Part shown: positions 14,788 through 31,910 of the stretch, piece after piece
How the letters are laid out: each line of letters starts with the position of its first letter
Position numbering within the stretch: the stretch's first letter is position 1
Assembly (NCBI RefSeq): GCF_009914755.1
Contig: NC_060942.1
Source: the human T2T-CHM13v2.0 reference genome, Homo sapiens
Direction: 5' to 3' (one strand)
DNA length: 64,000 nt
Notes under the pieces: generated by a model
Told to the model about the DNA's origin: nothing
Seen by the model: the letters and a program-made list of their open reading frames with translations, nothing else
Database searches by the model: none
Position numbers and translations under genes: made by a program

Positions 14788-17391
14788 GGGTGCCCAGGGC
14801 AAGCACCAGCCCATGCCATCACCCTCACAAAGCCCCGGGTATGCTTGACCATTGAGGGCCAGGAGGCTAACTGTGTTCTGGACATTGGCGTGGCCTTCTC
14901 AGTCTTACTCTCCTGTCCTGGACAACTATCCTCCAGATCTGTCACTATCCGAGGGGTCCTAGGACAGCCAGTCACTAGCTACTTCTCCCAGCCACTAAGT
15001 TGTGACTGGGGAACTCTACTCTTTTCACATGCTTTTCTAATTATGCCTGAAAGCCCCACTCCCTTGTTAGGGAGAGACATTCTAGCAAAAGCAGGGGTCA
15101 TTATACACCCGAACATAGGAGAAGGAACACCCATTTGTTGTCCCCTGCTTGAGGAAGGAATTAATCCTGAAGTCTGGGCAACAGAAAGAAAATAAGGAAG
15201 AGCAAAGAATGCCTGTCCTGTTCAAGTTAAACTAAAGGATTCCACCTCCTTTCCCTACCAAAGGCAGTACCCCCTTAGACCTGAGGCCCAACAAGGACTC
15301 CAAAAGATTGTTAAGGACCTAAAAGCCCAAGGCCTAGTAAAACCATGCATTCGCCCCTGCAATACTCCAATTTTAGGAGTACAGAAACCCAATGGACAGT
15401 AGAGGTTAGTGCAAGATCTCAGGATTATCAGTGAAGCCATTGTCCCTCTATACCCAGCTGTACCTAACCCTTACACTCTGCTTTCCCAAATACCAGAGGA
15501 CGCAGAGTGGTTTACAGTCCTGGACCCTAAGCATGCCGTTTTCTGCATCCCTGTACATCCTGACTCTCAATTCTTGTTTGCCTTTGAAGATCCTTCAAAC
15601 CCAATGTCTCAACTCATCTGGACTGTTTTACCCCAAGGGTTCAGGAATAGCCCCCATCTATTTGGCCAGGCATTAGCCCAAGACTTGAGCCAATTCTCCT
15701 ACCTGGACACTCTTGTCCTTCGGTACATGGATGATTTACTTTTAGCCACCCATTCAGAAACCTTGTGCCATCAAGCCACCCAAGCACTCTTAAATTTCCT
15801 TGCTACCTGTGGCTACAAGGTTTCCAAACCAAAGGCTCAGCTCTGCTCACAGCAGGTTAAATACTTAGGGCTAAAATTATCCAAAGGCACCAGAACCCTC
15901 AGTGAGGAACGTATCCAGCCTATACTGGGTTATCCTCATCCCAAAACCCTAAAGCAACTAACAGCGTTCCTTGGCATAACAGGTTTCTGCCAAATATGGA
16001 TTCCCAGGTACAGCAAAATAGCCAGACCATTAAATACACGAATTAAGGAAACTCAAAAAGCCAATACCCATTTAGTAAGATGGACACCTGAAGCAGAAGT
16101 GGCTTTCCAGGCCCTAAAGAAGGCGCTAACACATGCCCCAGTGTTAAGCTTGCCAGTGGGGCAAAACTTTTCTTTATATGTCACAGAAAAAAACAGGAAT
16201 AGCTCTAGGAGTCCTTACACAGGTCCAAGGGATGAGCTTGCAACCCGTGGCATACCTGAGTAAGGAAATTGATGTAGTGGCAAAGGGTTGGCCTCATTGT
16301 TTACAGGTAGTGGTGGCAGTAGCAGTCTTGGTATCTGAAGCAGTTAAAATGATACAGGGAAGAGATCTTACTGTGTGGACATCTCACAATGTGAATAGCA
16401 CACTCACTGCTAAAAGACACTTGTGGCTGTCAGACAACAATTTACTTAAATATCAGGCTCTATTACTTGAAGGGCCAATGCTGCAATTGCACACTTGTGC
16501 AACTCTTAACCCAGCCACATTTCTTCCAGACAACAAAGAAAAGATAGAACATAACTGTCAACAAGTAATTGCTCAAACCTGTGCTGCTCAAGGGGACCTT
16601 TTAGAGGTTCCCTTGACTGATCCCGACCTCAACTTGTATACTGATGAAAGTTCCTTTGTAGAAAAAGGACTTTGAAAAGTGGGGTATGCAGTGGTTGGTG
16701 ATAATGGAATACTCGAAAGTAATCCCCTTACTCCAGGAACTAGTGCTCAGCTGGCAGAACTAATAGCCCTCACTCGGGCACCAGAATTAGGAGAAGGAAA
16801 AAGGGTAAATATATATGCAAACTGTAAGTAGGCTTACCTAGTCCTCCATGCCCATGCAGCAATAGGGAGAGAAAGGGAATTCCTAACTTCCAAGGGAACA
16901 CTTGTCAAACATCAGGAAGCCATTAAGAGATTATTATTGGCTGTACAGAAACCTAAAGAGGTGGCAGTCTTACACTGCTGGGGTCATCAGAAAGGAAAAG
17001 AAAGGGAAATAGAAGAGAACCGCCAAGCGGATATTGAAGCCAGAAGAGCCGCAAGGCAGGACCCTCCATTAGAAATGCTTACAGAAGGACCCCTAGTATG
17101 GGGTAATCCCCTCTGGGAAACCAAGCCCCAGTACTCAGAAGAAGACATAGAATGGGGAACCTCACAAAGACATAGTTTCCTCCCCTCAGGATGGCTAGCC
17201 ACTGAAGAAGGAAAATACTTTTGCCTGCAGCTAACCAATAGAAATTACTTAAAACCCTTCACCAAACCTTCCACTTATGCATTGATAGCATGCATCAGAT
17301 GGCCAAATTATTATTTACTGGACCAGGCCTTTTCAAAACTATCAAGCAGATAGTCAGGGCCTGTAAAGTGTGCCAAAGAAATAATCCCCTG
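14788..17391 (+). pseudogene. pol: HERV-W pro-pol (protease, RT, RNase H, integrase N-terminus only); disrupted
   Basis: Protease LDIG (DTG mutated) and LLGRDIL; RT LPQG and YMDD in 284-aa ORF 15409-16263; RNase H LYTDESSF; integrase CKVC then deletion. Confidence 0.92.
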
Positions 17392-17648
17392 CACTGCAGG
17401 CCATACAGGACAATCCCTGTATGTTTAACCTCCTTGTTAAGTTTGTCTCTTCCAGAATCAAAGCTGTAAAACTACAAATGGCTCTTCAAATGGAGCCCCA
17501 GATGCAGTCCATGACTAAGATCTACTGTGGACCCCTGGACCGGCCTGCTAGCCCATGCTCCAATGTTAATGACATCGAAGGCACCCCTCCCGAGGAAATC
17601 TCAACTGCACAACCCCTACTATGCCCCAATTCGGCAGGAAGCAGTTAG
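17386..17648 (+). pseudogene. env: HERV-W env remnant: 36-bp SU fragment plus TM cytoplasmic tail
   Basis: FNLLVKFVSSRIKAVKLQMALQMEPQMQSMTKIY...PLDRPASP...PNSAGSS* matches the syncytin-1-family C-terminus. Confidence 0.9.
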
Positions 17649-17694
17649 AGTGGTCGCCAGCCAACCTCCCCAACAGCACTTGGTTTTCCTGTTT

Positions 17695-17705
17695 AGAGGG
17701 GGTAC
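17695..17705 (+). other. Polypurine tract
   Basis: agagggggtac immediately 5' of the 3' LTR. Confidence 0.75.
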
Positions 17706-18390
<685 letters not shown>

Positions 18391-20984
18391 GTACAAACTC
18401 ACATTCTAAGGTCACACCTCAAGGAACTAGGGAAACCAAACCAAAACCCAGCAGAAGAAAGGAAATAACCAAGATCAGAGCAGAACTAAATGAACTTCAA
18501 ACAAAGAAAAAAATCACAAAAGACAAATGAAACAAAAAGCTGGTTATTTTAAAAGAGAAATAAAATTGATAGACCATTAGCAAGTTTAATAATGAAAAGA
18601 AAAGAGAAAATCCAAATAACCTCACTAAGAAACAAAACAGGAGTTGTTACAACTGACACCACAGAAATACAAAAGATCATTCAAGGCTACTATGAACACC
18701 TTTATGCACATAAACATAAAAAACTAGTAGAGATGGATAAATTCCTGGAAAAATACAACCCTCCTAGCTTAAATCAGAAAGAATTAGATTCCCTAAACAG
18801 ACCAATAACAAGCAGTGAGATTTAAATGGTAGTTTTAAAATTACCAACAAAAAAGAGTCCAAGACCAGATGGATTCACAGCAGAATTCTACCACCCAAAG
18901 AGGAATTGGTACCAATCTTACTGACACTTTTCCATAAGACAGAGAAAGCGGAAACCCTCCCTAATTCATTCTGTGAAGCTAGCATTACCCTAATACCAAA
19001 ACCATGAAAGAACATAACTGAAAAAGAAAACTACAGACTGATACCCCTGATGAACATAGATGTTAAAATCCTTAACAAAATACAAGCTAACTGAATCCAA
19101 CAACATATCAAAAAGAGAATTCACCAAGATTAAGTGGGTTTCATACCAGGGATGCAGGGATGGTTTAACATATGCAAATAAATGAATGTGATAAACCACA
19201 TAAACAGAATTTAAAGCAAAAATCAAATGATCATCTCAATAGATGCAGAAGAAGCATTCAACAAAATCCAGAATCCCATTATGATTAAAACTCTCAGCAA
19301 AATCAGCATATAAGGGACATACCTCAATGTAGTAGAAGCCACCTATGACAAACCCAAAGCCAACATAGTACTCAATGGGAAAAAGTTGAAAGCTTTCCCT
19401 CTGACAACTGGAACAAGACAAGGATGGCCACTCTCACCACCCATCTTCAACATAGTACTGGCAATCCTAGCCAGAGCAATCAGACAAGAGAAATAAATAA
19501 AAGGCACCCAAATTGGTAAAGGGGAAGTCAAACTGTCACTGTTTGCTGATGATATGATAATTTACCTTGAAAACCCTAAAGACTCCTTCAGAAAGCTCCT
19601 AGAACTGATAAAAGAATTCAGTAAAGTTTCTGGATACAACATTAATGTACACAAATTAGTAGCTCTTCTATACACCACCAGTGACCAAGTGGAGAGTCAA
19701 ATCAAGAACTCAACCCATTTTACAATAGCTCCAAAAAAAAAAAATACTTAGGAATATACCTAACCAAGGAGATGAAGGACCTCAATACAGAAAACTACAG
19801 AACACTGCTGAAAGAAATGATAGATGACAGGAGCAAATGGAAACATATCCCATGCTCTTAGATGGGTAGAAGCAATATTGTGAAAATGACCATACTGCCA
19901 AAAGCAATCTACAAATTCAATGCAATCCTTATCAAAATACCACCACTATTCTTCACAGAATTAGAAAAACACAATTCTAAAATTCATATGGAACCAAAAA
20001 AGTGCACACATAGTCAAAGCAGGACTAAGAAAAAGAACAAATCTGGAGGCATCATACTACCTGATTTCAAACTATACTATAAGGCCATAGTCACCCAAAC
20101 TGCATGGTACTGGTAGCTAACAGATAACTTTCCATGTTATCTATCATGTAACAGCAGGTTACCGGTAGAAAAATAGGAACATAGACCAAGAGAACAGAAT
20201 AGAAAACCCAGAAATACACCCAAATACTTAAAGCCAACTGATTTTTGACAAAGCAAACAAAAACATAAATCGGGGAAAGGACACCCTTTTCAACAAATGG
20301 TGCTGGGATAATTGGCTAGCCACATGTAGGAGAATGAAATGGGATCCTCATCTCTCACTTTATACAAAAATCAACTCAAAATGGATTAAGGACTTAAATC
20401 TAAGACCTGAAAATATAAAAATTCTAGAAGATAACATTAGAAAAACCCTTCTAGACATTGGTTTAGGCAAGGATTTTGTGACCAAGAACCCAAAAGCAAA
20501 TGCAATAAAAACAAACATAAATAGGTGGGATTTGATTAAACTAAAGAGCTTTCGCACACCAAAAGGAACAGTCATCAGAGTAAACAGACAACCAGCAGAA
20601 TGGGAGAAAATATTCACAATCTATACATCTGACAAAGGACTAATATGCGTAATCTACAACAAACTCAAATCAGCAATTAAAAAAACAAACAATCTCATCA
20701 AAAAGTAGGCTAAGAGGGGTTCCAAGATGGCTGAATAGGAACAGCTCCAGTCTATAGCTCCCAGTGTGAGTGATGCAGAAGACGGGTGATTTCTGCATTT
20801 CCAACTGAGGTACCAGGTTCATCTCACTGGGGCTTGTTGGACAGTGGGTGCAGCCCACAGAGTGTGAGCTGAGGCAGGGCGGGGCATCACCTCACCCGGG
20901 AAGCACAAGGGGTCATCTTTGGGACACTCCCACCCTAATACTGTGCTTTTCCAATGGTCTTAGCAAACGGAACACTAGGACATT

Positions 20985-21101
20985 TTATCCTGGGCCTGGC
21001 TCAGAGGGTCCCACGCCCATGGAGCCTTGCTCATTACTAGTACAGCAGTCTGAGATTGAACTGTAATTTGGCAGCGAGGCTGGGGGAGGGGCATCTGCCA
21101 T
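20985..21101 (-). pseudogene. ORF0: L1 antisense ORF0 homolog truncated to 38 aa
   Basis: MADAPPPASLPNYSSISDCCTSNEQGSMGVGPSEPGPG* resembles the ORF0 N-terminus (MAGAPPPASLPPCSLISDCC...). Confidence 0.75.
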
Positions 21102-21672
21102 TGCTGAGGCTTGCGTAGGTAAAGCAGCCAGGAAGCTCAAACTGGGTGGAGTCCACCACAGCTCAAGGAGGCCTGCCTGCCTCTGCAGACTCCATCTTTT
21201 GGGGCAGGGCATAGCTGAACAAAAGGCAGCAGAAACTTATGCAGACTTAAACGTCCCTGTCTGACAGCTTTGAAGAGAGTAGTGGTTCTCCCAGCATGCA
21301 GTTTGAGATCTGAGAATGGACAGACTGCCTCCTCAAGTGGGTCCCTGATCCCCGAGTAGCCTAACTGGGAGACACCTCCAAGTAGGGGCCGACTGACACC
21401 TCATAGAGCCAGGTGCCCCTCTGAGATGAAGCTTCCAGAGGAAGGATCAGGCAGCAACATTTGCTGTTCTGCAATATTTGCTGTTCTGCAGCCTCCACTG
21501 GTGACATCCAGGCAAACAGGGTCTGGAGTGGACCTCCAGCAAACTCCAACAGACCTACAGCTGAGGGTCCTGACTGTTAGAAGGAAAACTAACAAACATA
21601 AAGGACATCCACACCAAAACCGCACCTCTAGGTCACCATCATGAAAGACCAAAGGTAGATAAAACCACAAAG

Positions 21673-22693
21673 ATGGGGAGAAACCAGAGCAGAAAAGCTG
21701 AAAATTCCAAAAATCAGAGTGCTTCTTCTCCACAAAGATACAAAGGAATGCAGCTCCTTGCCAGCAACAAAACGAAGCTGGATGGAGAATGACTTTGAAG
21801 AGTTGACAGAAAAAGGCCTCAGAAGATCAGTAATAGCAAACTTCTCCAAGCTAAAGGAGGATGCTTGAACCCATTGCAAAGAAGCTAAAAAACCTTGAAA
21901 AAAGATGAGAAGCATGGCTAACTAGAAAAAACAGGACAGAGAAGACCTTAAATGACCTGATGGAGCTGAAAACCATGGCACGAGAACTACATGGTGCATG
22001 CACAAGCTTCAGTTGTCAATTTGATCAACTGAAAGAAAGGGTATCAGTGATTGAAGATCAAATGAATGAAATGAAGTGAGAAGAGAAGTTTAGAGGAAAA
22101 AGAGTAAAAAGAAATGAACAAAGCCTCCAAGAAATATGGGACTATGTGAAAAGACTAAATCTACGTCTGATTGGTGTACCTGAAAGTGACAGGGAGAATG
22201 GAACCAAGTTGGAAAACACTCTTCAGGATATTATCCAGGAGAACCTCCCCAACCAAGCAAGGCAGGCCAACATTCAAATTCAGGAAATACAGAGAACGCC
22301 ACAAAGATACTCCACGAGAAGAGCAACTCCAAGAGACATAATTGTCAGATTCACCAAAGTTGAAATGAAGGAAAAAATGTTAAGGGCAGACAGAGAGAAA
22401 GGTCAGATTACCTACAAAGGGAAGCCCCTCAGACTACAGCAGAAATTCTACAAGCCAGAAGAGAGCAGGGGCCAATATTCAACATTCTTAAATAAAAGAA
22501 TTTTCAACCCAGAATTTCATATCCAGCCAAACGAAGCTTCAAAAGTGAAGGAGAAATAAAATCCTTTACAGACAAGCAAATGCTGAGAGATTTTGTTCCC
22601 ACCAGGCCTGCCTTACAAGAGCTCCTGAAGGAAGCACTAAACATGGAAAGGAACAACCGGTACCAGACACTGCAAAAACATGCCAAATTGTAA
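21673..22693 (+). pseudogene. ORF1: L1PA ORF1 (stops and frameshifts)
   Basis: accacaaagATG start; NLRLIGVPESDRENGTKLENTLQDIIQEN...IIVRFTKVEMKEKML. Confidence 0.9.
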
Positions 22694-22756
22694 AGACCAC
22701 TGATGCTAGGAAGAAACTGCATCAACTAACGAGCAAAATAACCAGCTAACATCATA

Positions 22757-26577
<3,821 letters not shown>

Positions 26578-27246
26578 ACAATGAGAACATTTGGACACAG
26601 GGTGGGGAACATCACACACCGGGACATGTGGTGGGGTTTGGGATGAGGGGAGGGATAACATTAGGAGAAATACCTAATGTAAATGACGAGTTAATGGGTG
26701 TAGCACACCAACATGGCACATGTATACATGTGTAACAAACCTGCACGTTGTGCACATGTACCCTAGAATTTAAAGTATAATATAAAAAAGTGGGCTAAGA
26801 ATATGAATAGATATTTCTCAAAAGAACATATGCAAATGGCCAATAAACCTATGAAAAAATGCTCAACATCACTAATGATCCAGGGAAATGCAAATCAAAA
26901 CCATAATGCGATACCACCTTATTCCTGCAAGAATGGCCATAATTTAAAAAATCACAAAACAGTAGACGTTGGCATGGATGTGGTGATCAGGGAACACTTC
27001 TACACTGCTAGTAGGAATGTAAACTAGTACAAACACTATGGAAAACAGTGTAGAGATTCCTTAAAGAACTAAAAGTATAACTACCATTTGATCCAGCAGT
27101 CCTACTACTGGGTGTCTATCCAGAGGAAAAGAAGTCATTACATAAAAACAGTTACTTGCACATGCATGTTTATAGCAGCATAATTCACAATTGCAAAATC
27201 ATGGAACCAATTCAAATGCCTATCAGTCAACAAATGGATAAAGAAA

Positions 27247-27322
27247 CATATATATATGTGTGTGTGTATATATATGTATATATATGTGTGTATATATATG
27301 TATATATGTGTGTGTATGTGTG

Positions 27323-27360
<38 letters not shown>
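27247..27360. repeat. (TA)n/(TG)n compound microsatellite inside the L1PB1 3' part
   Basis: Direct reading. Confidence 0.95.
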
Positions 27361-27364
<4 letters not shown>

Positions 27365-27728
27365 AATACTACTCTGCCATAAAAAGGAATGAATTAATGG
27401 CATTCACAGCAACCTGAATGAGATTGGAAACTATTATTCTAAGTGAAGTAATTCAGGAATGGAAAATCCCACATCGTATGTTCTCACTGATATGTGGGAG
27501 TTAAGCTATGAGGATGCAAAGGCATAAGAATGATACAATGTAACTTGGGGACTTGTGGGTAAGGGTGGGAGGGGGTGAGGGATAAAAGACTACAAATAGG
27601 GTGCAGTGTATACTGCTCAGGTGATGGGTGCAACAAAATCTCACAAGTCACCACTAAAGAACTTACTCATGTAACCAAACACCACCTGTTCCCCAATAAC
27701 CTATGGAAAAATAAAATATCAATTAAAT

Positions 27729-27941
27729 AAAAGTTTATCTGAGAGAAAGGGAATGCAATGAAGAAAGAAGCTGCAGTCTTTTAAAATCTACTCTCAGAAG
27801 GGAGATGCCATCATTTCTGCCATATTATTATATATGTTAGAAGCAAGCCTCTAAGTCCAGCCTTCACTCAAAGGAGGGGAATTAGCTTCTTTTATTGAAG
27901 GAAATATTGAAGAATTGGTAGATATATTTTAAACCATCACA
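27729..27941 (-). mobile_element. MLT1 LTR, right part
   Basis: Ends gaattggtagatatattttaaaccatcaca (reverse complement of an MLT1F/G-like 5' end). Confidence 0.7.
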
Positions 27942-28479
27942 AGTTAGGGAACAATCTTAGAACAGATGAAAACTACATTAAAATTTTAAAAATCATTAGG
28001 TGAAAAAGGTAGGGGAAAAAGTATTTTTGGGAGAGAGACCCAAATATACAAAGGCAAAGAAACATGAGTGAGCATGAGACCTCTGGATAACAGAAACTTT
28101 CCATGTTATCTGCCTTCAAACAGCATGGATATAAAGGGAGAATGAAAGATAATGACTCGGCCTTATGCTCCACCTAAAGAGTCATCAGGCCTCATTAGGC
28201 AATCTAAATGGAAGAGTGACATGATCATATTAACACCAAAAATGAAATTAGGGGAACACAGAAAAATTGCTAGGGAGTGGGGGGCCTGCAGGCAGAGAGA
28301 ATGCTGTATGTTTTATGATGGTCCTTCAGGTGACGTAAGTGTGAGTCTTAGTAAGATAAACACTACGGTGACAGAGTGGAAATAATAAAATGGTGTTTTT
28401 AGTACATTGAATCAGCAAGGATCAATGGATATTTCTTGTAGATTGAATACGAGAAGTAAGGGATAGGAAGAAATAAGGA

Positions 28480-28800
28480 ATGACACTTGCTTTTCAAGCA
28501 TGGGCAGTTAAGTAAATTTGAGGCAAAAAGTCTAGAAGTCAGGAGGAATGATGGGTCGATTTGGAATATATTGAATGTGACATCCCTGAAGGACATTCAA
28601 ATGAATATATTTGGTAGAAGGTTTGACAGTCAGCTGCTGAGCTCAGGCTAGAAATCTGTCAGGACAAAAGCTGAACCTTTCAGAAGTCATCTATATGCTT
28701 AGTGATCTTTGTTGGAGTCCTGAGAAAGGACAATGTAGAGGGAAAAGATGAGGCCTGATGATAGACAGCAAATGGATGTTTAAAGGGTGAAAAAAGGAAA
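28480..28800 (-). mobile_element. L2 remnant
   Basis: ttggaatatattgaatgtgacatccctgaaggacattcaaatg...ctgagctcagg is typical L2 minus-strand text. Confidence 0.55.
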
Positions 28801-29329
28801 CTAGCCTACAGAGGAGGGAAGGAGTCCTTATAGAGACTGGCTCAACACAAGACCAAAAACTATCTATAATCTCCTCAGAATATATGAGGGTGCTAAACCC
28901 AGAATAACCACTTACTACAAACTTGCTGTTGGCTGGCTGACCTGTTCATTCGCATTTATTAAAGCCAACTCCAAACCTGTCTGTGGAATGAATCCATTTC
29001 AGAAAGCATTCAGCTCCCCATCTTAAATATACGGAGCTAAGATTCATTTTGAAAATACTTCCCGGGTTTCATTTTACAAGCTTAACCACTATGGTTAATA
29101 ATCCTTTCCAAAACGTCGCAAAAGTTCCATTGGATTAAATATTGGTGATTATAAGAGATAAAAACTTACATTAATTCACTAAAAAGCACAACTATTGTGT
29201 TTTTTGGTTCTTGGACAGAAATCCTGACTACCGGTGACACCAAAATACATTAAGAAAAATTTTAGTTTTTAAAAAAAGTGAGACAAGTTAAATACAACTA
29301 GAATTTTAATTTTTCACCCAATACAATCT

Positions 29330-30340
29330 GTAAATCTAATTATAAATTTTATGATAGAGTCTGTCTCTGGTGATGTTACAATCGCAGAAACATAGAAAAC
29401 TAAGAATGAAAATTCAACAAATATTCCAGAATATGCAAAACTTCTCACTAATTATATGGTGATAAATTATTACTATTTATATAATATATAACTAGATGTC
29501 TTTAAAGCTCAAAAAATCAACTTAAAAACTTTTAGAACTTACTAGTAAGTTGTAATATACACTGCAATAATATCAAGTTTCTCCTATGTTGAACCATAAT
29601 TACAAGATGAAATAAAAGAAAAATATTTTTATTTACAGAAGCAAAAAAAGAAAAAAAACCATGAAATACCTAGAATTGGCTAGCAAAATTTGCAATACAT
29701 AGAAGAAAAAAAGCTATAGGAATTATTTAGAAAATCTGAAAGGAGATGAAATATAATGATGTACCCAATTTTTTCTTTTCCCAGAAGGATTAAATATTGA
29801 AAAGCCAAAACTTCTCAAATTGATATGGTTTAATTCAATTGTGATGGTATTTTGTGCACTTTATAAAAATGATTTTAAAGTTTATTTGGAAAAATAAGTA
29901 TAATAGCTTCAAAAAGACTCAAATAGAAAAGTTATGTTGCTAAATTGCACACAAAACATAAAACATAAGACTACCACGAATAAAATAATGTAAAACTGAT
30001 GCAAGACAGAGCATAGGAGTGAAACAGGATAGATGTTCTGAAACAGAGCCTAACTCAGATAGCAAGATGATGTAAGAAGGACCATTACAAACCAATGGGG
30101 CCAGATTATTCAAAGTTAGTGTTGGGGAAAATTGACCCTTGCAGAGATAATGATCAAATTTAAACCTCACTTTACATACTCTAACATAAAGAAATAAATA
30201 TTTTAAAACACGGGAAGAGGCTGGAAAAATATATTTAACTGATCTTTGGATGCGCAAAGACTTCTTACGAGTACAGGAAATGAAAGAAAACACAAAGGAA
30301 AATATAAATAAAGTTATCCACGTAAAACTTTTAACATAAC
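29330..30340 (+). mobile_element. Ancient L1M ORF2 fragment
   Basis: Degraded ORF2 landmarks (atgaaatacctagaat, tttaaagtttatttggaaaaataa, ttattcaaagttagtgttggggaaaattga). Confidence 0.65.
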
Positions 30341-31136
30341 GTTTGTCAATTGCAGGCTGTCTTCCTGTGCCTCTCCCTAACCCAGCACTGAGGCTTTCCC
30401 CGTGTCTGACATCAGAAAGAGGAGGTAACTTCTCTCATTTCCAGTTCCTAACGTTCCTTCTGACATTGTATCTCTGAGCTTGCTTGTCAGTCTTGTTCCC
30501 TGAGCTCCAGTATGTCCCAAGGGCCTAGTATCTCCTTCACTTCTATAGTTACCTTCACAAAAGCAAGAATCTAGAAGGATCATTGTGTGAGTAGTAGAGT
30601 CCAGATTTGTTCAATAATGCTTAGCTATAAATTGCTCCTACACTAACTAGATTTAGGTGCTACTGACTTGACAGGCTGAGCTGCATTACATCTTGTTGGA
30701 TGATATATTACAACAGTCCCTCAAACTGTTACCATAAGTAGAATGTTTCTCCTCTTTCTCTTGACAGTTTGGTTTTGAACTAGAATTAGGAATCCTACAA
30801 TTTTACACATTGCCTTAAATTCCTCCCGGAGACTTCCCACAGCCTACAGATCTTTTAACTTGCAATCACCAACAGTGCTTTCTCAAAAGCTTGTCACAAC
30901 AGCAGGGAGCAATTTAGTGGCCTATTTTAAGCACACCCTCTGTCCTTATCTCTCACCTCTGAGACAATATAATCCACTCGACCTCCTTCACCTGCAGTCT
31001 GAAAGACCTCATAATCGCCTGTTCCACATTGGCAGCCAGAGCTCTAGGAAGTTCAGCTACAGCTGGGAGAGAAGGAAATGACCCTGAAGTTAAAGTAGGT
31101 CAACCACTTACTTGTGGATAGTTTAAATTGAGGTGT

Positions 31137-31409
31137 AAATAAATACTGCACCTGAAGTCTATATCCACAATGGTAGCCCCACAAATCTAAACCAGGAAAC
31201 TGTATCATAATCTTTTGCCCAAAAAACAGATCTATGGCTCTCTCCTGGAGCAGAGGGGGCAGGTATCAATCTCACCACTTCTCTCTCTGTGTGAACACCT
31301 TAATCAATCCCTTGCTGCCTTTGACCTATGCTATCATGTTACTCTGGCACCTACCTGGGACAGGTGGCCTGTGTCTTTCTTGTGCCAGTTGCAGGATTCG
31401 CCACCACGC
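31137..31409 (+). repeat. 273-bp spaced direct duplication, copy 1
   Basis: 9 substitutions by eye against 33057-33706 after removing the Alu. Confidence 0.95.
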
Positions 31410-31656
31410 CGCCAAAAGTGATGCACACAGCAGCCCAAAGACATTTTGAATAGCCGTTAACTCAAAAACTTCCCCCCAATACAGACCACGCAGAATCACA
31501 TGCCATACTCCTCAACCCTTAGAACAGCTTCACCTGGACAGTTCTAGGCCAGTAGCAGGTCCTGTGTGTGAGTTCTTCTCCCTTCTTCCAGCATTTCCTT
31601 CCTCCTGTATGTCTCTTCTGTGATGTCCTCTGTACTATTTATATGGCAATTTATAA

Positions 31657-31785
31657 GCTGGGCGGAGTGGTGAACACCTGTGGTCCCAGCTACTTGGGAA
31701 GCTGAGGTGAAAGGATGGCTTGAGCCCAGGAATTCTAATATAGCCTAGACAACATAGCAATATCTCATCTCTAAAAAATAAAACT
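31657..31785 (+). mobile_element. Free Alu monomer (FLAM-like)
   Basis: gctgggcggagtggtgaacacctgtggtcccagctacttggg...catctctaaaaaata; single arm. Confidence 0.75.
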
Positions 31786-31819
31786 AGTAAATAAATAAAC
31801 ATACTGCAATTTATACATG

Positions 31820-31910
31820 AAAGCGGAGACTGTCATGTTCACCTGTATACCTGCAGAATAGTCCCTGGCACATACTAGACATTCAGAAATTATTAGTTAA
31901 ATGAATGAAG
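31820..31910 (+). mobile_element. L2 3' end
   Basis: cctggcacatactagacattcagaaattattagttaaatgaatgaa. Confidence 0.6.

Noticed and set aside
14587-15402. Probable TGG-to-TAG stops as an APOBEC3G hypermutation signature
   Set aside because: Only two cases noticed and many Trp codons are intact; needs a consensus-based Hypermut test
15409-16263. Potentially active RT with lentivirus-like YMDD
   Set aside because: YMDD is explained by CpG decay of YVDD (tacgtg to tacatg); upstream stops, LDLKDAFF degraded to LDPKHAVF, and a downstream frameshift
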